A DNA stretch of 64,000 nucleotides from Schizochytrium sp. TIO01 (GCA_004764695.1 SMSO01000032.1:8278483-8342482); one strand, 5' to 3'; counted from the stretch's first letter, positions 1 through 11,800 are shown. The notes: generated from the sequence alone by a model not told the origin. Program-made: numbers and translations.

Positions 1-1
1 C

Positions 2-1765
2 GATGACAGTAGCAGTGAAGACGAAGACAAAAACCTTTCCGCAACAAAGGATGAGGGTTCTGGAAAAGATACCGATAACCTTGACGGAGAGCCAAAACCG
101 CCCCCGACGTCCCTCGCTGCGGAGTCTGGAAGACTCTTCTTGCGAAACCTCTGCTTCGATGCGACCGAAGACGATCTCGATGCCGCTTTTTCAAGGTTTG
201 GGCCTATTGCGGAGACGCACATTCCAAAGGATGAGAGCGGTCGTTCGCGTGGGTTTGGCTATGTGACGTTTATGATTCCCGAACATGCTGTGGTGGCGAT
301 TTCCAAAATGGATATGCAGATTTTTCAGGGAAGACTTCTTCATGTCATGCCTGCTCTCGAGAAGGAGGAGCCCAATGGAGGCGTGGAAGGCGATGGTCGT
401 GATGGCTCGGGCGTTAAGGCGCAGTCCTCGTTCAAGGCGAAGAAGGAGGCTGAACGTAAGGAGCAGGCTAACGACACTCGAAGCTGGAATGCACTCTTTG
501 TTCGAGGTGATGCTGCCGTAGGAGCTGTAGCTGAACAACTTGGCATGGGCAAGGGAGATTTGCTTTTAGGTGACGGCGAGCAGGATAAGACTAGTGCTGC
601 TGTACGTATGGCTTTGAGTGAAACAAGAGTCATCGCGGAGACTAAGAAGTTTCTTGCAGAGGAAGGCGTGGATGTGGACTTGCTGGAGCAAGGTGTGCGG
701 GACCCCTCAAGTGTAAAACGCAGCAAAGATACCTTCCTCGTCAAAAACTTACCTGCAGAGACGGACAAGGCTCAGGTGCGCCAGCTGTTTGCGAAGTACG
801 GCGATGTGGTTAAGTTTGTGTTGCCCCCCTCTAAGACTATGGCTCTCGTGCAATTTTTCGAACCCAAGAACGCTAAACGTGCCTTTAAAGGTATGGCTTA
901 CAAACGATACAAACGCGTTCCTATCTACCTTGAGTGGGCACCCGCAAACGTCTTGAGTGATGAAGAACTTGTTCGCAGGCGTGCTGTTGCTGCCGAGGCG
1001 GACGCTGCAATCAAGGCTAAGGAGGTGGCAGCAGCAGCGGCGAAGGCCAAGGAGGACGAGGAGGACGCAGAGGCCGATAGTCACACTGTTAAACCTGCTG
1101 TGCAGGCTGATGGAGAGGTTGAGGTCAGCCACACGCTGTTTGTCAAGAACTTGAACTTTGAGACTCGTGAAGCAGGTCTTCATAAATTCTTTGAGCGCAT
1201 TGTTGGCAAGGGTAATGTTGCACATGTGTCTATTCCCCGTAAGAGTGGCCGCGAAGAACTTTCTATGGGATTTGGTTTTGTCGAGTTCAAGGATGATAAA
1301 TCGTGCCGCAAGGCTTTGCGCAAGGCCCGGGGCGAAAAACTTGACAATCACGAACTGGAGATCAGCATTTCCAAACGCACTGTTGATACCAACGCCGCTA
1401 CTCCTGCTGGTGGTTCCCGCAAGACTTCCTCCAAACCGTCGCTGGTTCATGCTGATGCTAAGGAAGCTGAAGAAGCCACAAAAATTATTATTCGCAACTT
1501 GGCTTTCGAGGCCAACCGCAAGGAGTTGCGTCAGCTGGTCTCTGCCTATGGCCAGGTCAATACTATCCGCATCCCCAAGAAACCCGATGGTTCCCACCGT
1601 GGTTTCGCCTTTGTGGACTTTGTTACGCACCAGGAGGCTCGCACTGCTTTCGCGGCCTTGACCAACACTCACTTTTACGGTCGCCACTTGGTTTTGGAGT
1701 GGGCACAAGATAATTCTAGTATGGAGGCTATGCGTGAAAAGGCAGCCAAGGCGATCCAAGGTTAA
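2..1765 (+). CDS. MRD1: Multiple-RRM ribosome biogenesis protein RBM19/Mrd1 (5' part outside window)
   Basis: Frame is open from base 2 (DDSSSEDED...ESGRLFLRNL). Four RRMs with RNP motifs (RGFGYVTF, FLVKNLP...ALVQF, LFVKNL...MGFGFVEF, IIIRNL...RGFAFVDF). Mrd1-typical linker (SWNALF...AAVRMALSET) and C-terminal HFYGRHLVLEWA. Confidence 0.93.
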   Translation, partial: DDSSSEDEDKNLSATKDEGSGKDTDNLDGEPKPPPTSLAAESGRLFLRNLCFDATEDDLDAAFSRFGPIAETHIPKDESGRSRGFGYVTFMIPEHAVVAISKMDMQIFQGRLLHVMPALEKEEPNGGVEGDGRDGSGVKAQSSFKAKKEAERKEQANDTRSWNALFVRGDAAVGAVAEQLGMGKGDLLLGDGEQDKTSAAVRMALSETRVIAETKKFLAEEGVDVDLLEQGVRDPSSVKRSKDTFLVKNLPAETDKAQVRQLFAKYGDVVKFVLPPSKTMALVQFFEPKNAKRAFKGMAYKRYKRVPIYLEWAPANVLSDEELVRRRAVAAEADAAIKAKEVAAAAAKAKEDEEDAEADSHTVKPAVQADGEVEVSHTLFVKNLNFETREAGLHKFFERIVGKGNVAHVSIPRKSGREELSMGFGFVEFKDDKSCRKALRKARGEKLDNHELEISISKRTVDTNAATPAGGSRKTSSKPSLVHADAKEAEEATKIIIRNLAFEANRKELRQLVSAYGQVNTIRIPKKPDGSHRGFAFVDFVTHQEARTAFAALTNTHFYGRHLVLEWAQDNSSMEAMREKAAKAIQG

Positions 1766-2337
1766 GCCGCAGATAAACTGGCTGCCTATTACGAACACTT
1801 GTGCTAACATGTCATTTTCTGCTTTAATGCAACTCTTGAATTTGGTAAACTCATAATCTGAAGTAAACATCTGATTATATTTTGTGATTTCTGAACTGCT
1901 TAGCTTGTTCTCGACTCCATCAACTACAAATCATGCGTATCTATAGGGGAAGCTATACTATACACCCTTACGCCTAAATGAGAATGGTTGTCTCCAAGTA
2001 TTTTGCTCATTACTTTTGCTGTCTCCTTTGTCTTACTCTAACGTTATACTCTAACTTGGCAACGATGTTTTGAAGCTTCAAATCAAGAAAATCTCCCAGC
2101 TAAAAATTATTCATTTGTCCTATACCTATAGAAAAGAAGAATTGTTTTTGTTGCTGTTTATTTTCTCATTAAAAATATAGGTTCATTGACAGGTATTTTT
2201 ATATAGCCTTCAGGATTAAAGAGATTCTTCACTTGTTCACCAGAGTCATTGGATGATTTGGGTTAGCCAGAAACAAGGAAGTTTTGTAGATCAGAGTCAA
2301 GATTATGCAGAACTATTGGTTGATTTTTCGTTGGGCC

Positions 2338-3435
2338 TTACACAGTAATGACCTTGTCTTGCTCCCATTTGTGCAGCTTCATGACACCGTCCCAACCACC
2401 AGTGAGTACGTGTTGCTGAGAGCGGTCTGCACGAGGCCGCACAGCAAGCGCGCGAACATAATCTTCATGGCTACGAGCATCTGGTACACCATGTTTTGTG
2501 AGTTCTTCAGGTTGTGCGTCAAGCTTGGGAGCAGTTGCAAACACCATGCCATCGTCACCAGCTGATACAACATATGGGCTACCCTCGCCGGGTGAAGAAA
2601 ACACTGCCACGCGGTGCACAGCTGCAGCATGGCGAACACGCTGCTCCTTCAGGAATCCTGCACGGATATCGAGGATTTCAACAGCACCAGACTCGAAGCC
2701 GGCTGCAACATAATGCCCTCCAAAAGTGACGTCGCTGAGACAAAGACAGGCTCCAGAGCGATCAGAATAGCGAACAGACGACACAGGTGCAGAGTGTGCA
2801 CGTGGATCCCAGAGGCGTACACGACCATCTTGGTGAGCTGAAGCAAGAGTTGGTGCACCAGTGTTCAAGCCGCAGTGCACAACATCCCATACCAAGGGAG
2901 CGACGAAAGTATCTGCATAGTTATCTAAACTCAAAGTGGAAGCTGGACTTTTTGGCTTTGACACATCCCAGACCTTGACAGTACCATCGAAGGATGCTGA
3001 GGCCAGCATACGAGAGTCGCGATTGAAAGATAAGCTGCTGACAACATCGTCGTGGTCTACGAGAGTTCTCTGTGAACAGAATTCCTTAAGACCACTAACT
3101 TCGTCAATGGAATAGATGTGAATGCTGCCATCATCTGCAGAAGTTGCAACGGTTTTAGCATCGGTGATCCATGCAACATCGGTGAGGCTAGTCAAAAGGG
3201 GTGCAGCACATCCGCTCTTGATAATATCAGCTTCTTTCTCTGGTGCAGATGGGTCAGGGAATGCCGTTTTCGCATTATCCCCAAGAGCAAAGAGTCTCAA
3301 CTGCCCATCCCAAATATTTCCGGTCAGCCTTGAGCTAACAGCCACAAGAAGAGATCCATCTTGAGAAAACGCGGCACTTTCTACACACCGCTTGTTTCGC
3401 CAGGCAGCAAACGGAGCTCCCACTTGCTCAAACAT
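2338..3435 (-). CDS. WDR77: WD40-repeat protein, methylosome protein 50 (WDR77/MEP50)-like
   Basis: WD repeats (ASFDGTVKVWD, DGRVRLWD). MEP50-like segments SRLTGNIWDGQL, DHDDVVSSLS, HEDYVRALA, GGWDG. First ATG at 3435; the ORF-track start at 3459 is GTG. WD40 is certain, MEP50 orthology is by motif recognition. Confidence 0.72.
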   Translation of the reverse strand: MFEQVGAPFAAWRNKRCVESAAFSQDGSLLVAVSSRLTGNIWDGQLRLFALGDNAKTAFPDPSAPEKEADIIKSGCAAPLLTSLTDVAWITDAKTVATSADDGSIHIYSIDEVSGLKEFCSQRTLVDHDDVVSSLSFNRDSRMLASASFDGTVKVWDVSKPKSPASTLSLDNYADTFVAPLVWDVVHCGLNTGAPTLASAHQDGRVRLWDPRAHSAPVSSVRYSDRSGACLCLSDVTFGGHYVAAGFESGAVEILDIRAGFLKEQRVRHAAAVHRVAVFSSPGEGSPYVVSAGDDGMVFATAPKLDAQPEELTKHGVPDARSHEDYVRALAVRPRADRSQQHVLTGGWDGVMKLHKWEQDKVITV

Positions 3436-3770
3436 GTTTCCTTTCTTGTCGATCACCACTTCAAGTCAATCTGACAGTCAACTGGCAGCTCAGATTCTTC
3501 AAATTCTAATCTCAACCCTCCTCAAGCCTCCAAGCTTCTGCTCCTAGGCTGCAGTGAATAGAATCTGTCAGTAGGACTTCAACTTTGCGGTCCTCAATCT
3601 CCGTGCCCAAAGTGATGATCATCTTCATCTCATCCACCGCCTTAATTTCCCCAGATATCTCCCCAAAACCAGACATTTTAGCATTTTCTTTTGCAATCAG
3701 GCTGCGGTGCACACCTTTTGCACACCAATTTTGCCAATTTTATCCCTGGAGAAAGTATATTTCACCAAGA

Positions 3771-3850
3771 TCGATCGCGCGATCGAACGAGCACCATCGT
3801 CGCTTGCGTATTTTAATTTTACTTCTGCATTTATTTACTTTCTTGCTAGC
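3771..3850. promoter_or_regulatory. Putative shared divergent promoter (WDR77-like / NSDHL) with 16-bp perfect palindrome TCGATCGCGCGATCGA
   Basis: Lies between head-to-head genes. Palindrome at 3771-3786 is followed by an AT-rich tract. Sequence is C-rich to the left and G-rich to the right. Confidence 0.4.
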
Positions 3851-3920
3851 TGCAGACAAATTGGAAACTGATCCAAACGTGGAACTGGACAGGACAGCAC
3901 CGACAGTGGAGTACACAAAG

Positions 3921-4305
3921 GTAGGTCGGGGTATGCTGTAGCTCGACACGAGCGTAGCTGCAGGCGCAGCGCCGATGGACAGGGGTTGCAAGTGGCTGCC
4001 TGCTGCTTGAGTGAATGAACTGCGATTACATCGTTGAGGGTTGTCCATGACACGACATTGCAAAGAAGCAACTTACCTTGTTACTGTCCGAATTCTTCTA
4101 TTTGACAAGGTTTCCTGGGGGGTCAAGATGCCTTTAAAACTATCATGCGGGCTTGGTGGGTTTTGGAGAGGACCCTTTTGTGGTTTTGGTCGCGATTAAC
4201 AGATCGGAGATGACAAAATGCGGTGTATGTTCATTTTATTTCCAAGGTTTCTGAGTACTGACGTAGCAGAATGCTATTTTGATTGCTTATTTTTGAAATG
4301 CAAAG
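3921..4305 (+). other. Putative 5'-UTR intron of the NSDHL gene
   Basis: AAG|GTAGGT donor at 3921, TACTGAC branch-like motif at 4256-4262, T-rich tract, and AG at 4304-4305, 5 nt before the ATG at 4311. Confidence 0.45.
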
Positions 4306-4310
4306 ACATC

Positions 4311-5393
4311 ATGGGCGTGGAAGGACTCAGATGCGTTGTTACTGGTGGCAGCGGCCTCGTAGGCCGACGCCTCGTGGAGATGCTTCTTGAGCGCGGTGCG
4401 GCACATGTAACCTCGTTCGATATTCGTGACCCGGATCCCAACCCGGTGCTTGACTTTCTTACCCCGGAGCAAAAGACCAAGGTTACTTACTTCAAGGGTG
4501 ACATTTCTAAGCCTGCTGATGTCCTCAAGGCCTTTGAAGGTGCAAATGCTGTCTGGCACATTGCCGCTCTCGTTGGACCCTTCCACCCGCATAACCTTTA
4601 TGTCAAGGTTAACTACGAGGGGACCTTGAACGTCATCAACGCCTGCAAGGAGCTCGGTATTAATAAGATTGTGGGCGCTTCATCTCCTTCTACCCGTTTT
4701 GATGGCCATGATATTGATGGTAAGCGGGAGGAAGATCTTCCGATTCGCCCTCCTGGTGAGTTTCTTCAAGCTTACGCTGAGACCAAGGCTATGGGCGAGG
4801 TTGCTCTGCGTGAGGCAAGCAGCGACGACTTCTTCACTGTGGCTGTTGCTCCGCACCAGGTTTATGGTCCTCGCGACTCCCTCTTCCTGCCCAACCTTTT
4901 GTACGCTTGCCGTATCGGCAAGTTGCGGATCTTCGGTTCTGGCGAGAACAAGGTTTCCTTCACCCATGTGGACAACTACTGCCACGGCTTGATCATTGCT
5001 TATGACAAGCTGTACAAGGGCTCCCCTGCCCTTGGTAAGTTCTACATTGTTACTGATGGAGGCTACCGCAGGTTCTGGGATGTTATTGATGCTGGTAGCA
5101 AGTGCATGGGCTATGGATCCCTCTGGGATAAGATCAAGCTTCCGTGGATCCTAATGATGACCATTGCCTACTTCCTTCAAAGCATCACCCTTGTGACCGG
5201 CCACCAGTTCCGTGTCAACCCTTTCACCGTTAAGATGCTCACCATTCACCGCTGGTTCGACATCACCAACGCTGAGCGTGACCTTGACTATAAGCCCGTC
5301 AAAACTTTTGAAGATGGCTGGAAGGAAACTGAGGAATGGTTTAAGGACCACGAGGACTGGTGGGTTGGCTGTGCCAAGGCAACCTTCAAGTAA
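4311..5393 (+). CDS. NSDHL: Sterol-4-alpha-carboxylate 3-dehydrogenase (decarboxylating), 3-beta-HSD family (NSDHL/ERG26-like)
   Basis: TGGSGLVG Rossmann motif, VNYEGT, catalytic YAETK (YxxxK), PHQVYGPRD, FTHVDN, hydrophobic C-terminal segment. ATG 4311 chosen because the upstream in-frame part looks intronic. Confidence 0.88.
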   Translation: MGVEGLRCVVTGGSGLVGRRLVEMLLERGAAHVTSFDIRDPDPNPVLDFLTPEQKTKVTYFKGDISKPADVLKAFEGANAVWHIAALVGPFHPHNLYVKVNYEGTLNVINACKELGINKIVGASSPSTRFDGHDIDGKREEDLPIRPPGEFLQAYAETKAMGEVALREASSDDFFTVAVAPHQVYGPRDSLFLPNLLYACRIGKLRIFGSGENKVSFTHVDNYCHGLIIAYDKLYKGSPALGKFYIVTDGGYRRFWDVIDAGSKCMGYGSLWDKIKLPWILMMTIAYFLQSITLVTGHQFRVNPFTVKMLTIHRWFDITNAERDLDYKPVKTFEDGWKETEEWFKDHEDWWVGCAKATFK

Positions 5394-6628
5394 TGAGTTC
5401 CTTTCTTCTTCCTGCCAATGTGAAAAATGTTTTTGCTCTCTTTTGTCTTCTTGAATTCACATCATCATCTCACCCCTCTGCTCAAGTTTGTGCTCAAGCT
5501 TTTTGTCTAATCCTACGCGATTTATACAGAACACTTTAACCTTCTTAAGTATAACTTAGCCGGCATCGCCCTACAAACCCAAATGAAGCTGATTATTTGT
5601 TTCCTACCCAATCTCGCAGCGCTTTTAATTCTCTACTCACAAGGCTATGTAGAATATTTTGAGATACTTGTTAACCACCACCACCACCACTAGGGAGCTA
5701 GCTAGCTAGATGCGCATGTCCCATTGGGACTTCGTCTGATGCAAGCAGTGCCGCAAGGTGCGAACTCATTAGGGAAAAACCTCGTCTGTGGTCCTACATT
5801 TTTGTTATGCTCAACTTTTTTCCCTACAGCCCAAATCCTCTCGACTTTCCCACACCCGCTTCTCCACCCCAGCTCTACGCCCTTCAATTTCTCCGCCTCG
5901 GCGGTTGTGGCCAATTGCACCCCTCTTCGCACTGGGCACCAATTATTGCATTGCTCCATATTAAACTATTAGACAAATACCGCTCGCAAAAGCAAGCTTT
6001 CCAAGCGCCAAATGTACGTTGACTCTCTTGGAATTCTTGCTACTACTATCATTGCGGCAGAGAAGGAAGCAAGTTCATTTCCGCAGGGTGACCAACGTAC
6101 TCGCAGCCCATTATCGCAGAACAGCAAGCGAAGAGAGGCTCCAACGAAGAGAGGCGTCGAGATGGCAGAGTAGTTTCTCTCGCTTCAAGTTTGTGCAAAA
6201 CGAGCTCCTTGTTGGAATTCTTTTGCTTTTTACTTTGGTACGGATTTTGCTGCTCAAATAGTTGATACTACTACACCTAAGTGCCTACTTTGGCACGTCG
6301 AAACAAGATGGAAGCCGATTGCTAAGCAAACGCATCCGCACCTCTACGAGTTGGAGGACTACTTGTAGAAGGGAGGAACTGCGAAGAGATTATAAAGAGG
6401 AGAACATCAAAGGAGAGAAAAAGAAAAGGAAAAGACAATTTTCTGCTGTTTCTTTTGTAATTATTTTTTCCCAAGAGGGTTCGAGGTCGCTCAGAACCTC
6501 AATCAAAACCGGAACTCGGCGCCAGGGCTATTGCGTGAAGGGTGGCTAGCGACCTTGGGAGCGCGGCCTCGGGAGCGCGGCCTCACTGAGTTTCGCTTTG
6601 CTCGTGCTAGGACCTGCAGAGAACCGCC

Positions 6629-8308
6629 ATGGACGCGGAAGAGGCTTCGGACCTGGAGGTCCTGGCTAGCATCTTTCCGCAGATTCCACAGTCCACCTTG
6701 GCCTTCGTGTACAGAAATCGCGGCCATAAGAGCGTTCGCGAGACATCTGCGTGGCTCGACGAACATGACTGGCATGACATGGAAGCACGTACAAGTGCAG
6801 CAACCCAGGACCGAAATCTTGAGAGCGAAGACTACCGAGAAGGAAATCCACGTGAAGATCAACAACAGCAAGAACGTCAACGCCAAAACACTCAGGGGGT
6901 TAACTCAAGTGAGGCCGAGGAACAGAACAGAGGTCCCCGAGGAATAATCCGCCGCAGAGAAGTGTTTGAAGGATCTGAAGACGGTCCTCGTGGGAATTCG
7001 TCTCTGGCAGATCTTCCTATCACGCCAATTCCTTTGGCACAAAGCGATATTGAACACAATGAAATGGAGGATTTTCAGCAAGATGAAGTAAATGATGATC
7101 ACGAAAGTATCGCGGAAGACGAAGATGAGCACGAAACAAATAGTGAAATCGCCAATTCTGCAGTAGTTGCGATGACAGTGCACCCCGATGATACTAGTTC
7201 TGCGCCTCAACGATCAGTTCAAATCGATGGCAATGTTGTTGAGGGTGACATGGATGGCGAAGATGACATAGACATGGATGATGAAGAAACGTTCACAATC
7301 GAAGAGCAGGATGGCGACTTTCTATTTTTTCGACCCCGCAAGCGGGTGCGCCACAGGGTCTGTCCTACACCCGAAAGCAAGAGCCCACTAGATGCACCTT
7401 TGTTTTGGGTTCGCTTTGACGATCGTGTTATGCTCAAAAGCTTCCTTGAACTGCTCAATATATCGTTAAAGTCTAGCGCACATAAAAGTGTCGGGGTTTT
7501 AAACACTCGGTCACACCTTGTGGATAAAGCTGAGGCGACACGGAGACTCTTGCGCTGGTCGAGAAACGCAATTACACAAAACCCTCCTCAACCATACTTT
7601 GGTGATTCAACCAGCTCACCGCGCCAGGCACTGGAAGATGCACAAAACCCAGCCCTCATGGGATACTGGTCGCACTTCTTTGACAACGAGGATCTTGATG
7701 AAGTGTGGCGAGCCATGGTCAGCGCTCACCTTGCGAATCGTGCACCGTTCGGGGACTACTTTGAGATTCGCACCTGCCGAGGTACCGGGCAAAATGAAAC
7801 ACAGGAAGCTTTCGACACTCTCCATGCGATTTCTCGTGTTCGACGAGGGGCCATCTGTGTAGTTCTTCCATGTCCTCAGCATGAACCAACCATCGCTGTG
7901 ATGGGGGCTGCACTTTGTAAAGCACTCATTCTTCGCCAACCCGTATACTACCGCCACCGCACGAGCGAAGAACAAATTATGGTGCATGTATGTGATTCCG
8001 AGACATGCTGCCCAGTGGTAAATGATTCAGCCCCGTACTCAATGCCAATGGGTGAGAACTGCGCTAAACTTGGCGTATGTTCTCGCTTTTATGATTTTTT
8101 TGATGTCTTAAGTCGCGACGAGCATCACCTTGCTAGTCAGTATAAATTGACCCCTAATCGACCCGATTCAGTTGCAGTGGCTGATAGTAATGGGCGATGC
8201 AACAGACTGCCTGGGGGTAGTTTTCGCCTTCGCCCTCCAAATTTTCAACATGGTGGCGAACCGCATCAACTCTTTCGTGTCCAGGGTATCCGCTGGCTCC
8301 CTGTATAG
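6629..8308 (+). CDS. Uncharacterised 559-aa protein: N-terminal CUE-like domain, acidic linker, NLS, C-terminal DUF1917/UPF0696 (Bles03, eIF4E-like fold)-like domain
   Basis: Long ATG ORF. LEVLASIFPQIPQSTL resembles the CUE 'L..MFP' motif. NLS RPRKRVRHR. GYWSHFF..DLDEVWRAM...AICVV...VYYRH parallels the C11orf68/eIF4E G-K-W..D..W / ICVY / Y-K-P pattern (recognised by eye). Confidence 0.7.
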   Translation: MDAEEASDLEVLASIFPQIPQSTLAFVYRNRGHKSVRETSAWLDEHDWHDMEARTSAATQDRNLESEDYREGNPREDQQQQERQRQNTQGVNSSEAEEQNRGPRGIIRRREVFEGSEDGPRGNSSLADLPITPIPLAQSDIEHNEMEDFQQDEVNDDHESIAEDEDEHETNSEIANSAVVAMTVHPDDTSSAPQRSVQIDGNVVEGDMDGEDDIDMDDEETFTIEEQDGDFLFFRPRKRVRHRVCPTPESKSPLDAPLFWVRFDDRVMLKSFLELLNISLKSSAHKSVGVLNTRSHLVDKAEATRRLLRWSRNAITQNPPQPYFGDSTSSPRQALEDAQNPALMGYWSHFFDNEDLDEVWRAMVSAHLANRAPFGDYFEIRTCRGTGQNETQEAFDTLHAISRVRRGAICVVLPCPQHEPTIAVMGAALCKALILRQPVYYRHRTSEEQIMVHVCDSETCCPVVNDSAPYSMPMGENCAKLGVCSRFYDFFDVLSRDEHHLASQYKLTPNRPDSVAVADSNGRCNRLPGGSFRLRPPNFQHGGEPHQLFRVQGIRWLPV

Positions 8309-8585
8309 CTTTATGAATTCTGATTCGGGACTATATAGTATTTCACAATCATTTTTCAATTGTATCTACTAGAGTTTCTTGTTCTCATCCCACATCTTTG
8401 CTGTTTGCAAATGCGAAATAGTGATGGATACATTGTGTTCTTTCCCGTTCCTACGAGTCTGCCATCGTGTGAATTCGAAAAGGCAGTAGACAATACCCAT
8501 CTTGGAAGCATCTTTGTTTGAGTTCCTCTCTAAATAGAATAAATTGTACTTGTATGATTTCATAAAAACAGCTTTTCCGCTTTTA

Positions 8586-8629
8586 AAACAAACAAACAAA
8601 CAAACAAACAAACAAACAAACAAACAAAC
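8586..8629. repeat. (AAAC)11 microsatellite
   Basis: Direct read. Confidence 0.95.
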
Positions 8630-8813
8630 AGGGTTTTGCAAGTAAGCAGTAGGTACTACAATAATCCTTCAGAAAAAAAAAAAAATGAGGAAAAAAATGA
8701 CCGTTGCCATTGGAAATACCATCACAGCACAAAGATCAACAAAAACATAAATTACTTCATAGCCTGACTGCAGTAAACACTTGGAGCGAAGCGCCACTGC
8801 TGCGCTAGCACCA

Positions 8814-11800
8814 ATGGCCCGGGCTCTGGGCGCTGCGGCCATATTTGCGTGGCTGGTTGTCGTCTTGTGGGGACAAGATGTGCAACTAGCCCATGCAGAC
8901 AGCAACAGAAGCACCTCAATAAGTAGTGAAGGGACTGTCGAAGCCCATGTACAGAACTTGGAGATGTGCAACTCAACAAATACAACATGCTTGTGCCAAG
9001 ATTATGCTTCTCAGGACAAAAGTGAGTGTGAATGTAACCCTGAATATCATTATACGAGTACGCTGAGATTGCCAATGCTTCTGGATCAGCAGAGTTCAAG
9101 CGTTCGTTCACATATTTTGAGCTTGGCCGACCTGTTCAATATTTCTACTGGGGATTATACTGAAGCTGACCTCAACTTTACAGTAACAAATTCTGCACTT
9201 CCAATACCATGGAAATTTACCGCAGGTTTGAATGATACTATTGCCTTTACTGCTTCGAACTATTCGAATTTATTTGAGCTAAAGGGGTCTGGACAAAATA
9301 TGAGTTTACTTACATGGGGCTTCTCAGCTGATACTTTGAGTCCGGGACTGCAAATCAATGTATCAAGAGAAGATTTGATTCCTATGAATGCCACCAGTAT
9401 ACAAACAAATTGGACTATTACTCTTGATGGAGCGTGCGAAGATAAAAACCCTTTCGTATCGATTTATATTTACCCTGTTCCCCTCTCGATGTCGTCATCT
9501 GTAGGGGCTCGGGAAATCGATATTGCTTGGGATACGGGAAATGTCTCACTCTCAGTAGAAGACTTCTCTACTGTCGAAATATCCTACCGACAGGATGGAG
9601 ACTTCGAACCAGTGCTAATTGGCAATTCTTCTTCTGGCAACCTTGTATGGAGCATCCCAGCGGTTGGGTTTGGTACTACAGCATCTAGTAGTACATCAAA
9701 ACCCACATCAGTTCAGCTAGAACTAAACCTTATCTTTGAAAATGCAAAGTATAGTAAGTACCCAGCATGGTCATTGCTGACATTTGAAGAAGAAGTTTAT
9801 GTTCCCGCAAGTGTTAGGTATGCTTATTCTGGAAGTTGGAGTGTTTGCAATTGCTCTCAAGTCCCCTCGATACAAGAGCGTTCCGTGTTGTGTCAGTATC
9901 TGACAGATATCTCGTCATTTTTATACACTCCAGTCAGTCTTGGATATTGCCAGCAAGCAGGACTAAACTCGCCAACACCTATGAGGCTTTGCTCGTCTTG
10001 TACGAATAGCTCTGCAGAGTGGGTAGAGTTAGATTCATGGTCGACATGCAACACCACGGAATGTGGTGTTTCGGGAAGTCAGGTACGAGAATATGCTTGT
10101 ATTGATTCGAATGGCGTTGCGAACAATTCTTCTACGTGTGGTGAGCTAACTCCAAAGCAACGGGATTGCACACCTGAATGTGCTCTAGAGATTTTATCTA
10201 TTGGGGTAGACGACTCTGACTGTTTGTTAAATCATTGTTTTGATATGCTTACAGGCCGCCTTTTCGATATAAGCAGCTGTGGGAAAACCAGCTCGAATGG
10301 GAATGGAACCTGCGAAAGATGGAACACGTGCTCTCATCACTGTGGAGGAGGGTGGACCTCTCCTACTGAAGGAAGCGCGAATCGCACGTGCAATACTCAA
10401 ACATGCAGCCCGTTTATACGATTTTATGACTCTGAGAATGGCGATCTTTGCATCACAGAAGATCTATTCGAGACTTCATGCAGCGGATCGAACCTTTGGA
10501 CATGTGATAGTCTTTGCAGTGAAGATGTTTCTTTATTACACCATCGAGAGCTTGTCTCAACTAGAAGTATATCTCTATATGCAAGTCAATCAAATATCGA
10601 AGACGAGATTTCTCGAAGGTGTCCTAATAGTGATGTTATTACTCCATCTGGCGAATGTTGCTCACAGGGGAGTGTTCTTGACAATCAAGGGGAATGCTGC
10701 GAAAGTGGCTTTGTTGATGCATGTGGTTCATGCGATGGTGAAAATTTATTTTTGGACTTAAATGGAGAGTGCTGCGATCTTATTGATGCAGCTGGTTTTT
10801 GCTGTAGTGAAGGCATTGACCGAAATGGTGTTTGCGCTGGGACAGCTACTTATGACGAGGCAGCAGACACAGAATGTGGAAATGATTTATGTGAAATAGG
10901 TGAAGCGTGTGATGGCACGAACGACAGTTCATGCTGCAAAGCAGATTGCCCCTTTTCCCTCTCTTACTGCCCTGCCGAAACTGGTCCTGGGTGGTCCCAA
11001 CCTAGACCCTGTGGTGCTTTGGGCGCCTGCTTGATATCGCAGGGGACCTGCGACTGTTTTAGTGCATCAGGACGAGCATCAATCACACCTTTCAAATCAT
11101 GTGTTGACAATAGCACATGTGCATCAGGCTATACTTGGACTTCAAAAGGTTGTATAGAAGATGATGTGCTCATAATCTTTCTATGTACCAACTCTTTGCT
11201 TGATGATGGGGAAACAGGCTCTGATTGTGGTGGATTTTGTCCATTTATTTGTGACGGAACCCTTCGGCCAACCAGCTCACCAGACTCCACTACAGTATAC
11301 CCCTCGTCTAGTGGGAATATTGCGACCTCTACAAAGATATGGATTCCTGTGCTTGGAGCATTTGGTGGATTAATTATTGTTGGATTATGTGGTTTGGCCT
11401 TTATTAATATCTATGGAGCTTGGAAAGTTCGCAAACTGATAAAGAAAAAGCCAAAGGTCAACCCTGATCTTGCAATGCTTGCGCCAACCCCGGGAGATCG
11501 AATGCCTCCGCCAAAAAGTGATTATGCAATTGATTTGGCCGGTTTTGCGCATGATGATCTGATCAATGATGACTCGGACCGCAAACATATTGCAGAGACT
11601 TCGGAGTCCGCGACGAGCAAAATAAATACACGGCTCACTGCTCTTGAACGTCGTGAAGAGCTTTTAAGCAAGGATATTGCCATCGAAGGTTGGTTAGACT
11701 TTTCTCACAAAAAGTCTCGCAGTTCATCAGTTGCAGGACCTCATCTTTCACCAAACGCGAAAAGGAAGGGCAAACGTTCAAAGTTTTCAATGTACGGTGT

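Noticed and set aside
749-1870. 373-aa minus-strand ORF
   Set aside because: Antisense shadow of the clearly real MRD1 CDS; no motif.
4218-4310. N-terminal extension of the NSDHL ORF (MRCMFILF...)
   Set aside because: Overlaps a branch site, T-rich tract and acceptor; looks intronic. The Rossmann fold starts right after ATG 4311.
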